A DNA stretch of 64,000 nt from positions 9,788 to 73,787 of the IMG/VR virus record IMGVR_UViG_3300050500_000054; one strand, 5' to 3'. Source of the DNA: a virus. A program made the translations under genes and the position numbers. Shown piece by piece: positions 29,717-36,582 of the stretch. The notes beneath the pieces are model-generated. The model was not told the origin of the DNA. It was given only the letters and a program-made list of their open reading frames with translations, and ran no database searches. Position 1 is the stretch's first letter. Each line of letters opens with the position of its first letter.

Positions 29717-29790
29717 TGGTGGGTTCTGAAGGACTCGAACCTTCATCCATCTGCTTAAAAGGCAGCGATTCTTCGTTGAACTAAGAACCC
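29717..29790 (-). tRNA. tRNA-Lys(TTT): tRNA-Lys (TTT), CCA encoded
   Basis: acceptor GGGTTCT/AGAACCC, anticodon loop CTTTTAA, T-arm GAAGG-TTCGAGT-CCTTC. Confidence 0.65.
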
Positions 29791-29793
29791 GAT

Positions 29794-29871
29794 TGGTAGC
29801 GCATGAGGGAATCGAACCCTCGGCCTCCTGATTGAAAGTCAGGCAAACGTGCCAACACAGTCTGATGCGCC
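29794..29871 (-). tRNA. tRNA-Glu(TTC): tRNA-Glu (TTC), CCA encoded; enlarged D region
   Basis: anticodon arm CCTGA-CTTTCAA-TCAGG, T-arm GAGGG-TTCGATT-CCCTC. Confidence 0.55.
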
Positions 29872-29874
29872 GTA

Positions 29875-29948
29875 TGGTCCAAGGTGATAGAGTCGAACTA
29901 CCACAGCACACTAATCAGGTGTGCGTCCTGCCATTAGACGAACCTTGG
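29875..29948 (-). tRNA. tRNA-Ile(GAT): tRNA-Ile (GAT), CCA encoded
   Basis: anticodon arm CACAC-CTGATTA-GTGTG, T-arm GGTAG-TTCGACT-CTATC, acceptor CCAAGGT/ACCTTGG. Confidence 0.65.
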
Positions 29949-29949
29949 A

Positions 29950-30038
29950 TGGTCGAGAGAGATGGAGTTGCGCCATCGGGGGTTTTAAGACCATCCGTTT
30001 TACAGACGGCTCTCGCCCTACTACGAGCCTACCTCTCG
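29950..30038 (-). tRNA. tRNA-Tyr(GTA): tRNA-Tyr (GTA), type II (long variable arm), CCA encoded
   Basis: acceptor CGAGAGG/TCTCTCG, anticodon loop CTGTAAA, variable arm GGTC-TTAAAA-CC, T-arm GATGG-CGCAACT-CCATC. Confidence 0.55.
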
Positions 30039-30043
30039 ATAAA

Positions 30044-30117
30044 TGGTCCTCTCGGTGGGAATCGAACCCACATTGCCATGCTTAAGAGGCATGTGTTCTG
30101 CGTTGAACTACGAGAGA
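30044..30117 (-). tRNA. tRNA-Lys(CTT): tRNA-Lys (CTT), CCA encoded
   Basis: anticodon arm CATGC-CTCTTAA-GCATG, T-arm GTGGG-TTCGATT-CCCAC. Confidence 0.65.
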
Positions 30118-30121
30118 ATAT

Positions 30122-30196
30122 TGGCTCCCCAGGCAGGGATCGAACCTGCGACTACTCGGTTAACAGCCGAGCGTTCTACCGCTGAACTACCGAGGA
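30122..30196 (-). tRNA. tRNA-Asn(GTT): tRNA-Asn (GTT), CCA encoded
   Basis: D-arm TA-GTTC-AGCGGTAGAAC, anticodon arm CTCGG-CTGTTAA-CCGAG, T-arm GCAGG-TTCGATC-CCTGC. Confidence 0.7.
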
Positions 30197-30204
30197 ACAA
30201 AAAG

Positions 30205-30281
30205 TGGTCTTGCTAGCAGGGGTCGAACCCGCATAGTCCTGTTTAGAAGACAGGTGCCTGATCCATTCGAGCCATAGCAAG
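30205..30281 (-). tRNA. tRNA-Arg(TCT): tRNA-Arg (TCT), CCA encoded
   Basis: anticodon arm CCTGT-CTTCTAA-ACAGG, T-arm GCGGG-TTCGACC-CCTGC, acceptor CTTGCTA/TAGCAAG. Confidence 0.65.
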
Positions 30282-30282
30282 A

Positions 30283-30358
30283 TGGTAGTCCCAAGAGGAG
30301 TCGAACCTCCAACCTGCCCGGTGTAAACGGGATGCTCTGCCAATTGAGCTACAGGACC
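30283..30358 (-). tRNA. tRNA-Val(TAC): tRNA-Val (TAC), CCA encoded
   Basis: D-arm TA-GCTC-AATTGGCAGAGC, anticodon loop TTTACAC, T-arm GGAGG-TTCGACT-CCTCT. Confidence 0.65.
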
Positions 30359-30362
30359 GTAT

Positions 30363-30437
30363 TGGGTGGACTGGCGGGATTCGAACCCGGCTACCGAGCG
30401 TTCACAGCGCCCTCAGCATCCCTTGCTGATCAGTCAA
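30363..30437 (-). tRNA. tRNA-His(GTG): tRNA-His (GTG), CCA encoded
   Basis: D-arm CAGC-AAGGGAT-GCTG, anticodon arm GGGCG-CTGTGAA-CGCTC, T-loop TTCGAAT. Confidence 0.6.
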
Positions 30438-30439
30438 CG

Positions 30440-30524
30440 TGGCGGAGAACCTGGGACTTGAACCCAGAAACCTTTCGGGTCACATGTTTAGCAAACATGC
30501 TCCTCGTCCTGCCGGACGCTCTCC
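30440..30524 (-). tRNA. tRNA-Ser(GCT): tRNA-Ser (GCT), type II, CCA encoded
   Basis: anticodon arm CATGT-TTGCTAA-ACATG, long variable arm TGACCCGAAAGGTTTC, T-arm CTGGG-TTCAAGT-CCCAG. Confidence 0.65.
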
Positions 30525-30525
30525 A

Positions 30526-30602
30526 TGGTCACGGTCGAAGGAGTCGAACCTTCAAGAAACCGCTTTTGAGGCGGTCGTGTCTGCCAGTTGCACCAGACCG
30601 TG
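30526..30602 (-). tRNA. tRNA-Leu(CAA)?: tRNA with anticodon CAA (Leu-type) but type-I architecture (5-nt variable loop), CCA encoded
   Basis: acceptor CACGGTC/GACCGTG, anticodon arm ACCGC-CTCAAAA-GCGGT, variable TTCTT, T-arm GAAGG-TTCGACT-CCTTC, discriminator A. Confidence 0.5.
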
Positions 30603-30662
30603 AGAAACTTGTAGCAGGCATCTCACCTACTTAGTCTACCGCGAGGGTTATTTATGGTCGAA

Positions 30663-30755
30663 ATGGCGGAAAGGGAGGGGATCGAACCCCCAAGGCTTTT
30701 TAAGCTCGCTTGTTTTCAAGACAAGTGCCGTCGCCAGCCGTCGGCTTGCCCATCC
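30663..30755 (-). tRNA. tRNA-Ser(TGA): tRNA-Ser (TGA), type II; 5' boundary approximate
   Basis: anticodon arm CTTGT-CTTGAAA-ACAAG, variable arm GCTT-AAA-AAGC, T-arm GGGGG-TTCGATC-CCCTC. Confidence 0.5.
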
Positions 30756-30756
30756 G

Positions 30757-30831
30757 TGGTCCAGAACTTAGGGATTGCACCTAACTCTCCTCCTTTTCAG
30801 GGAGGCGCTAATCTATCTCAGCTACTTCCGG
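30757..30831 (-). tRNA. tRNA-Phe(GAA): tRNA-Phe (GAA), CCA encoded
   Basis: anticodon arm CCTCC-CTGAAAA-GGAGG, T-arm TTAGG-TGCAATC-CCTAA. Confidence 0.6.
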
Positions 30832-30841
30832 ACGAAATGGA

Positions 30842-30859
30842 GGCCATCTTTCGATGGCC
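30842..30859 (-). terminator. terminator-like hairpin GGCCATC-TTTC-GATGGCC downstream of the intra-array small ORF
   Basis: perfect 7-bp stem 10 nt after the stop of 30869..31150. Confidence 0.4.
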
Positions 30860-30868
30860 CCCAAGGTG

Positions 30869-31150
30869 TTACTCTACAGGTGGTTCGACTGGATTCTGGA
30901 TTGCGTCCAGAGCGTCAGCCGCCGCACCTAGCTGCTGAATAACCGCAGCCTCTTCCTCACCCGAAAGACCACCGTTGGCTAGCTGATCCTTTAGGTCACG
31001 AACTAGCTGTGCAGTCTCTGCGATTTCAGAGAATACGCGATCAAGTGCAGCAGTAAACTCAGCCTGTGTTGCCATTATTCCTCCTAGCAGTCTGTTAGTG
31101 TTAAATTGTGCTACAGCTAGCACAATCAGCAGTAGCACGGCCATCATCAT
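30869..31150 (-). CDS. small membrane-anchored protein embedded in the tRNA array
   Basis: 93 aa; strong SD (GGAGGA, 6 nt) before ATG at 31150; N-terminal TM (MMMAVLLLIVLAVA) then acidic/Ala-rich helix; followed by hairpin. Confidence 0.5.
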   Translation of the reverse strand: MMMAVLLLIVLAVAQFNTNRLLGGIMATQAEFTAALDRVFSEIAETAQLVRDLKDQLANGGLSGEEEAAVIQQLGAAADALDAIQNPVEPPVE

Positions 31151-31212
31151 TCCGGTTCCTCCTAAGACAAACCGATTGACGGATTGGACGAATCACAGCA
31201 GGCGATTCAGAA

Positions 31213-31288
31213 TGGTGCTCCAACGAGGATTTGAACCCCGACTTAGGCGTTCGTAGCGCCTTGACCTGTCCAGTTAGTCGATCAGAGC
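31213..31288 (-). tRNA. tRNA-Arg(ACG): tRNA-Arg (ACG), CCA encoded
   Basis: anticodon arm AGGCG-CTACGAA-CGCCT, T-arm CGGGG-TTCAAAT-CCTCG. Confidence 0.6.
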
Positions 31289-31292
31289 AAAG

Positions 31293-31376
31293 TGGTGCCC
31301 CGCGTAGGAGTCGAACCTACACGTCTTGCGACACTGATTTCTAAGACCAGCGCGTCTGCCATTCCGCCAGCAGGGC
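31293..31376 (-). tRNA. tRNA-Leu(TAG): tRNA-Leu (TAG), type II, CCA encoded
   Basis: anticodon arm CTGGT-CTTAGAA-ATCAG, variable arm TGTCGCAAGACGT, T-arm GTAGG-TTCGACT-CCTAC. Confidence 0.6.
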
Positions 31377-31381
31377 ACAAA

Positions 31382-31456
31382 TGGTGGATTCCAGGGGAAT
31401 CGAACCCCTACTTTCTGCTTGCAAAACAGAAGTGCTCCCTTTATCACTAGGAACCC
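31382..31456 (-). tRNA. tRNA-Ala(TGC): tRNA-Ala (TGC), CCA encoded
   Basis: anticodon arm TCTGT-TTTGCAA-GCAGA, T-arm AGGGG-TTCGATT-CCCCT, acceptor GGGTTCC/GGAATCC. Confidence 0.6.
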
Positions 31457-31457
31457 A

Positions 31458-31532
31458 TGGTAGCGGATTAGGGAGTCGAACCCTACTGTCCCAGCTTATG
31501 AGACTGGCACCTACCCGGTCGGTCTATCCGCA
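31458..31532 (-). tRNA. tRNA-Met(CAT): tRNA-Met (CAT) (elongator, or Ile-lysidine type), CCA encoded
   Basis: anticodon arm CCAGT-CTCATAA-GCTGG; T-arm TAGGG-TTCGACT-CCCTA; 1-72 mismatch but no three consecutive G-C pairs in the anticodon stem, so not an initiator. Confidence 0.55.
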
Positions 31533-31538
31533 ACAAAG

Positions 31539-31617
31539 TGGTCGGGAATGCTGGATTTGAACCAGCGACCCCTCGTTTCCAAAACGAGTGGGAACGGCCA
31601 GACTTCCCCAATTCCCG
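31539..31617 (-). tRNA. tRNA-Pro(TGG): tRNA-Pro (TGG), CCA encoded
   Basis: acceptor CGGGAAT/ATTCCCG exact, anticodon arm CTCGT-TTTGGAA-ACGAG, T-arm GCTGG-TTCAAAT-CCAGC. Confidence 0.6.
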
Positions 31618-31898
31618 ATGGTGGCGCATGTTAACGTCGGTGCGCCAAGACGGATGCTACATCTCTACATCACGAGGCTCAATAAAGACCAGTTGTGTTG
31701 CGCTTCTGTGAGAGGCTCAACTGGTATGCTAAATGGAGCGAGTTATTAACCCAGACTCGCAAGCTGGGAAGATTTGGACCGATTACCCCGGTTTGCCTAT
31801 TGTATCGGTCGCCACTAATTTGCCCAGGTCAGGAGCGGAGGGAAAGGAGGACTCACTGAGCGGTGGCGGGGTTGGTGTTTATAAGTGCCAGTAATTCA

Positions 31899-31927
31899 AT
31901 CCTATCATAGACTTACGAGATTGTCAA
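31899..31927 (-). promoter_or_regulatory. sigma70-like promoter for the tRNA array (TTGACA-17nt-TAGGAT)
   Basis: minus-sense cTTGACAATctcgtaagtctatgaTAGGAT, about 270 nt upstream of the first tRNA (Pro). Confidence 0.55.
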
Positions 31928-31935
31928 GAACTATT

Positions 31936-32259
31936 TTACCCGAAGTGCCATTTTCCCTTAAACCAGACCCACAACTCGTGAACATAAGGGCGACTTTCGC
32001 CGTTGTGGTAGGGCTGGAACTTACCGAAAAGCTGCTTTACTCCGTTGGCGGTCTTGGTCCTCTTAATCTGGATGCACCGAACCTTGTCATCGCCTCGGAC
32101 GGCCATGAGATCCCATGGTCCGTGTGACCCAGCTGCTCTAATCACCGTGTAGCCTTCCTCCTCCAGGAGCTTCTTAGCTTTGTATTCGTAGGCGCGGCCG
32201 GTGATGTAGTTCTTGTTGGGCACGAAGAACAGTCTACCATAGATATCCCGGATTGTCAA
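31936..32259 (-). CDS. Holliday junction resolvase, archaeal Hjc-like
   Basis: 'GRAYEYKAKKLLEEEGYTVIRAAGSHGPWDLMAV' matches the Hjc catalytic core; listed start is a TTG inside the promoter -35 element, so the real start may be GTG at about 32223. Confidence 0.55.
   Translation of the reverse strand: MTIRDIYGRLFFVPNKNYITGRAYEYKAKKLLEEEGYTVIRAAGSHGPWDLMAVRGDDKVRCIQIKRTKTANGVKQLFGKFQPYHNGESRPYVHELWVWFKGKWHFG
32231..32259 (-). promoter_or_regulatory. sigma70-like promoter (TTGACA-17nt-TAGACT) for the Hjc gene
   Basis: same cTTGACAATc -35 box as the other copies; -10 TAGACT. Confidence 0.4.
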
Positions 32260-32342
32260 GTGTCCGTAATTTTACGGCCAGCTCGGAGTCAGGCCGGGTG
32301 GGGCAGTCAAGGCTCCCAAAATGACATAAAAGAGGCAAAATC

Positions 32343-32760
32343 CCGTGACCCAGTTGATTCTAAAGGACTTACGGGATCGGAGGGTCGATTTTGAGGGTCA
32401 AAAATGGCTGTAAGTTGTTGATTCTAAAGGCTGACCCAGGCTTTTGAGTAGTATAAAACCGCTAAATCCCTTGTTTTCAAGCATTTAGGGGCAAGTGGGT
32501 CGCGGGTCAAATTCCCTATATAAGAGTAATAGACCCACCTAGGCATCCAGGACACCCCAACCTGAGGGGTTTGGGGGTGTAGCCTGTTTGGAACATTGTA
32601 AAAGTGGGTCAGAGGTAAGTTGTTGATTCTAAACGAGTTAGGTTTGGTTATTGGAGGATTGGGTCAGGTGGGTCAAGTTGGGAGGCCCACTGTTTTGTTA
32701 GGAAAATGGTCATATTCCTCGTAAGTTGTTGGGTCATAAGGACTTATGCGATAGTCAAGC
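32343..32760 (+). repeat. iteron-like repeat block A: at least 3 copies of GTAAGTTGTTGATTCTAAAG-like 20-mer plus at least 4 GTGGGTCA boxes
   Basis: copies at about 32411, 32611, 32729 (GTAAGTTGTTG...) and a partial copy at 32352; GGGTCA/GTGGGTCA at about 32489, 32530 (rc), 32607, 32661; ORF-poor. Confidence 0.6.
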
Positions 32761-32789
32761 CCTGATTTCAAAATTTTTCTAGCGAGGAC

Positions 32790-33100
32790 CACCCCGGCCC
32801 GGTTGGCATGAGTTTTGAATCTGCCATCCCCCATCCCTGGGGAGGTCGGCATGGTCCTTGCCGAGGGAGAATAGAGGATTGGCATGGTTCTTGGCGAGGC
32901 CTCGCGGAACGCGGGCACGTTCTTTGTATGCGGGCGCGACCGGGCGGGTCGGAAAATCTGACAATCCGTGGTAAACCTTACAAAAGTCTCCCAAAGCGCG
33001 GATTATGAGTGTGCAAAAGCGGGCAAATACGTGCAAAACCGGGAAGGCACGGGCCTTGCGAGCGAGTGCGGTGCGGGCCGGAGTGCGCCACTACTGGCCC
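32790..33100 (+). other. GC-rich non-coding island with short direct repeats, possible ncRNA or foreign insert
   Basis: direct repeats ggcatggtccttgccgagg / ggcatggttcttggcgagg and gtgcaaaagcggg / gtgcaaaaccggg; composition distinct from flanks. Confidence 0.3.
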
Positions 33101-33223
33101 TTACTCAACCGATACGGGCACCTTAGCAGTATCGGCAGGCTCTTTGACAACAGGCGAAACGATCTGCCATGAAGTGCTACCATTGGGCAGAGCGTAAATC
33201 ACGTAGCACAAGGGGAAACTCAA

Positions 33224-33709
33224 ATGCCAAAAGTAGTCGAAGTCATCATCGGTGGTCAGACCATGAAGGTTTCCGAAGAAGTCGCAGCACAGATTGCGGC
33301 GCTTCAGGCGGAGAACCAGAAGCTGGCCCAGGTGGCGGCGGCGCGGACCCGAAAGGCCGGATTCAGCATCGCAACCAACGCGAAAGGCGCGATGCAGATT
33401 TACGGTGCTTTCGATTCGTGGGGCCGATACCCGATCACGGTCCATCCGGATCAGTGGGCTGTCATCAAAGCTCACAGTGCCGAGATCGACGCCTACATCG
33501 CCGACAACAGGGCCGATCTGGTGAAGATGGAGTCGATCATCGCGGACTGGAAAGCCAAGAATCCGCAGCGCGCAAAGACTGGCGCGGCACGGGCGGCAGC
33601 CCCAGTCATGAGCATCGCAGAACGGGCGCGGCAGGCGGCGGCAGCCACCATGCGGGAACGTGATGAGGCCGAGATCACGGAAGAATTGCACCGACAGGCA
33701 GAACGGTAA
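33224..33709 (+). CDS. hypothetical Ala/Arg-rich coiled-coil protein in GC-rich island
   Basis: 161 aa; SD AAGGGGA; GC about 60 percent versus about 50 percent genome background; hairpin cgcaaggt...accttgcg after stop. Confidence 0.45.
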   Translation: MPKVVEVIIGGQTMKVSEEVAAQIAALQAENQKLAQVAAARTRKAGFSIATNAKGAMQIYGAFDSWGRYPITVHPDQWAVIKAHSAEIDAYIADNRADLVKMESIIADWKAKNPQRAKTGAARAAAPVMSIAERARQAAAATMRERDEAEITEELHRQAER

Positions 33710-34122
33710 GCACTCAATCGCAGAGTGACGCAAGGTTCAGAACATCGGACCTTGCGGGAATGCGGCAGGCCGGGTCACAAGCCCCGGCCACGGACACCAA
33801 ACCGATTTTGGGCGGTAACGACGGGTGCTAGGATGGTCCGGCAAGGCCCCTAGCAGGCCCCAGGAGCCACGAACGGGGCACCGGCAAGGGGCAACTACCG
33901 GCCCCCGCGAAAGGCGAGCGAAAGTGGGGCCGCAAACGGGCCGGACGGGTAGCAGGGTTTAGAGCATGTTGAGTGCTGAGTAACAGACTGGACGAATGAG
34001 TTAGCAGACTGGACACTAATGAGACTACAGAGACGGACTAGAGTGCTCTGTAAGCCCACAAGCCAGATAGTTAGCCTGCTAGTCTGTTGCTGAGCACTTG
34101 AGCAAACTGAGGAGGAGCACAA

Positions 34123-34329
34123 TTGGGGAAGAATGCAAGAGCCGTCAACTACACTGCAGTATGCGCTATCTGCGGTGAAATGCTGGACACAAACGAGTCC
34201 AGCGTGGACGATGTGTTCTCTGCTGATGGCATGATGACGCCTGAACTTCATGTTGACATCAATCATGAGTGTTTCACGGCTGTTGCTGTGAATCCATTTG
34301 CTGAGAACATCAACGATAAGGTGCAATAA
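34123..34329 (+). CDS. small hypothetical protein (TTG start in ORF track)
   Basis: 68 aa; preceded by GAGGAGGAG. Confidence 0.3.
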   Translation: MGKNARAVNYTAVCAICGEMLDTNESSVDDVFSADGMMTPELHVDINHECFTAVAVNPFAENINDKVQ

Positions 34330-34508
34330 TGATACTCAGGATCACTATTGCACTCTACACAGTGGGCCTTTGGGTAAGGCAACTACTGTGCAAGCACTCA
34401 GAGCGTATGTTCAGAACTGATGAACAGTCTGTGTATACTGAGTGTTTACACTGTGGTCATACCACTGAGGGCTGGGAGTGCAATGTGGGTATGCGGAGGG
34501 CACAGTGA
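34329..34508 (+). CDS. small Cys/His-containing protein
   Basis: about 59 aa MILRITIALYTVGLW...CLHCGHTTEGWEC; ATG overlaps previous stop; below the ORF-track size cutoff, translated by hand. Confidence 0.25.
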   Translation: MILRITIALYTVGLWVRQLLCKHSERMFRTDEQSVYTECLHCGHTTEGWECNVGMRRAQ

Positions 34509-34657
34509 CCACAAGGTTCTGGCGAACCATTACACAGATTCTGTGTGGTGACTGCCTGAAGCACAGAGACTCTGCCATACTGAACAGACTGTTTGGGAAT
34601 GGTGAACTGACCTGTAACCGCTGTGGCGTCAAGGCCAATAACTGAGAGGATAGGGCA

Positions 34658-34849
34658 ATGTGGAGAGTAATCGTAATGCTCAATAACACAATGGCTGAGA
34701 GCAAGGGTGTATACAGCACATACGCCAAGGCATATGCTGCTGGCGTGGCGTTGGGCAATACCACATGGAAGCTGATCCCTGTGGCCAACTGGCATATGGC
34801 GCATGGCGAACGTCACATGCCCACGAATGCTGTAACTCACAGGTTCTAG
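34658..34849 (+). CDS. small hypothetical protein
   Basis: 63 aa. Confidence 0.25.
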   Translation: MWRVIVMLNNTMAESKGVYSTYAKAYAAGVALGNTTWKLIPVANWHMAHGERHMPTNAVTHRF

Positions 34850-35014
34850 GCCATGTGGGTTCTAGTCACTAGTCGCAGTCAGTATGGTGAGGAGAGCATA
34901 TTCACCTACCCAAGTGCTGAGGCTGCTCTTGCTGCTGCGTATCAGCGGTGTATGCACTGTGAGTGGTGGGCTATTGAGCCTGTCCTAACTGGGGGAAACG
35001 GATTACCGTAGGTC

Positions 35015-35605
35015 ATGGGCTGGAAAGAGACTCTAGAGAACGGTGATACAGTGTTCTGTGCCAAGATGCCTGAGCACATTGCCGAACTGCCATCTGTCAT
35101 ACATTGGAAGAAGTTTGTTGCTGACAGAGGACTCTACATGACTACATACACTCAGAGAGGAGTGCAAGGTAGTAAACAGAACAACGCAATCAAGGGCACT
35201 GAGCAGATTGCCAGGGTAGAGAATGGGCAAGTGGTCATCAACTGCGTAGCCTGTGGTATTGCTGTTGTGGGCAATCACCTGGGCATGAGGCGTATACAGA
35301 TTGGCACACTCGTTAGAATGTCCTATCTGGATAGGATTAGTGCTACTGAGTATGTGAAGAAGTGGAGGAGAGTTCCTGTGCAGTTGAGTGGTCTGGGTTG
35401 TAGAGACTGCCAAGTGCTAATGGACTGTGAACAAGAGCTAGTGAATATCGAGAACAAGAGGCGTGAGGAGTTAGGCAAGCTGATGGCTGAGATAGCTCTA
35501 CAGAACGGCAAGACTGTAAGGCTTCCTGAGCCATTGAAGGCTTACATTGAGGTTGGAGAGCTTGTAAGAGCTGTTCAATTACCCAAAGAGGTGACCAATG
35601 ATTGA
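35015..35605 (+). CDS. hypothetical protein
   Basis: 196 aa, first sizeable gene of the plus-strand early arm. Confidence 0.4.
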   Translation: MGWKETLENGDTVFCAKMPEHIAELPSVIHWKKFVADRGLYMTTYTQRGVQGSKQNNAIKGTEQIARVENGQVVINCVACGIAVVGNHLGMRRIQIGTLVRMSYLDRISATEYVKKWRRVPVQLSGLGCRDCQVLMDCEQELVNIENKRREELGKLMAEIALQNGKTVRLPEPLKAYIEVGELVRAVQLPKEVTND

Positions 35606-35948
35606 GATCCCTGTCGGCAAGAACATCGACACTACCTTCGACATGGCGAGGTTCAGGGCTATGGCTGAGGGCGCTGATGTGCTGGTCATGCGGAAGGACC
35701 GACATGGGACGGACATCCCAATCATGCATTTCAACAAGTTTGGTGACATGGCTGAGGTTCTCGCACCCACGTTGCGTCCTCAGTTCGTGGACCACATCTC
35801 CGAGAAGTGGGTGGATGCTGCTGCTGCACTAAATCAGCGGCATACGACACAGCGGTCGAGGCGTGCTGGTGCCTACTTCAACCTCGGCTCACTGGTTGAA
35901 TGGGCTGGGCAGATGCTGGCGGCTGAGCGGAAAGCGAGGAAGCACTGA
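35598..35948 (+). CDS. hypothetical protein
   Basis: 116 aa; ATGA overlap with the upstream gene. Confidence 0.35.
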   Translation: MIEIPVGKNIDTTFDMARFRAMAEGADVLVMRKDRHGTDIPIMHFNKFGDMAEVLAPTLRPQFVDHISEKWVDAAAALNQRHTTQRSRRAGAYFNLGSLVEWAGQMLAAERKARKH

Positions 35949-36078
35949 TGTTCCACTTGCTGCTATGGTTCCTCGGCTGGTATTTCTACGGCTGGGGAGG
36001 ACTCGCGTTAGTCGTGCTTGCGTCGATTCAGGTAGTGAAGAGGTAAATGCAGCCGCAATGCTGCCTTGAGGTAGTGAA

Positions 36079-36441
36079 GTGAAGCGCAGATTCATGTTCG
36101 AGACAACCAATCGGGAGGTGTTCGCAAAGGCCCTCGGATACATCGCTGAGCTGGCAAAGGTGTATGGCGAGGACGAAATGGACCTGACCATCGCGGGTGA
36201 GGTTCCTGCCGACCAGTCGAGGGCGAAGGTTCGGTATCGTGCCATCGCGGGCAACGATGCACTGAAGGCGCTGGGGAATCGCACGGTCATAGGCACGCTG
36301 TTTGCCCATCTACTCAGTGAGGGGCCTTGCACGGTGCCGGACCTGAGGACGAAGTTCAACTACACCGACAAGTCGGTGCAGTCGGGCCTCCAGAAGCTGA
36401 GGACGATGGCTCTGGTGGAGAGTGAGGAGATCCCGGCGTGA
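36079..36441 (+). CDS. winged-helix DNA-binding protein (putative transcriptional regulator)
   Basis: C-terminal 'TVPDLRTKFNYTDKSVQSGLQKLRTMALVE' wHTH-like segment. Confidence 0.35.
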   Translation: MKRRFMFETTNREVFAKALGYIAELAKVYGEDEMDLTIAGEVPADQSRAKVRYRAIAGNDALKALGNRTVIGTLFAHLLSEGPCTVPDLRTKFNYTDKSVQSGLQKLRTMALVESEEIPA

Positions 36442-36582
36442 AGGCCCTCCTGATGGTCATCTTCATTGCACTGTGGGTTGTGGCGTGTCATGACGCCCCC
36501 ACAAGCCCACTGGCACCAACCATGTGCATCTCAGGGACCAACAGCGATGTGTTTCCTCAGGTGTGGAAGGAGTGCAAGTGAA
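36439..36582 (+). CDS. small lipoprotein-like peptide
   Basis: GTG start; MKALLMVIFIALWVVAC lipobox-like signal; 47 aa; hand-translated. Confidence 0.25.

Noticed and set aside
28963-30938. ORF-track proteins overlapping the tRNA array (28963..29229+, 29256..29510-, 29687..29911-, 29832..30185+, 30332..30634+, 30654..30938+)
   Set aside because: They coincide exactly with densely packed tRNA genes. The translations are read through tRNA stems and have no start context.
32343-32760. Possible CRISPR array
   Set aside because: The repeats are not identical, the spacing is irregular (about 60 to 200 bp), and a second inverted block exists. There are no cas genes. The pattern fits iterons or operators better than CRISPR.
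32673-33197. ORFs 32673..32918-, 32779..33036-, 32808..33008+, 33009..33197+ and 33101..33733-
   Set aside because: They overlap one another in a repeat-rich, GC-rich non-coding region or are antisense to the well-supported 33224..33709 gene. They have no RBS and Arg/Pro/Gly-rich GC-bias translations.
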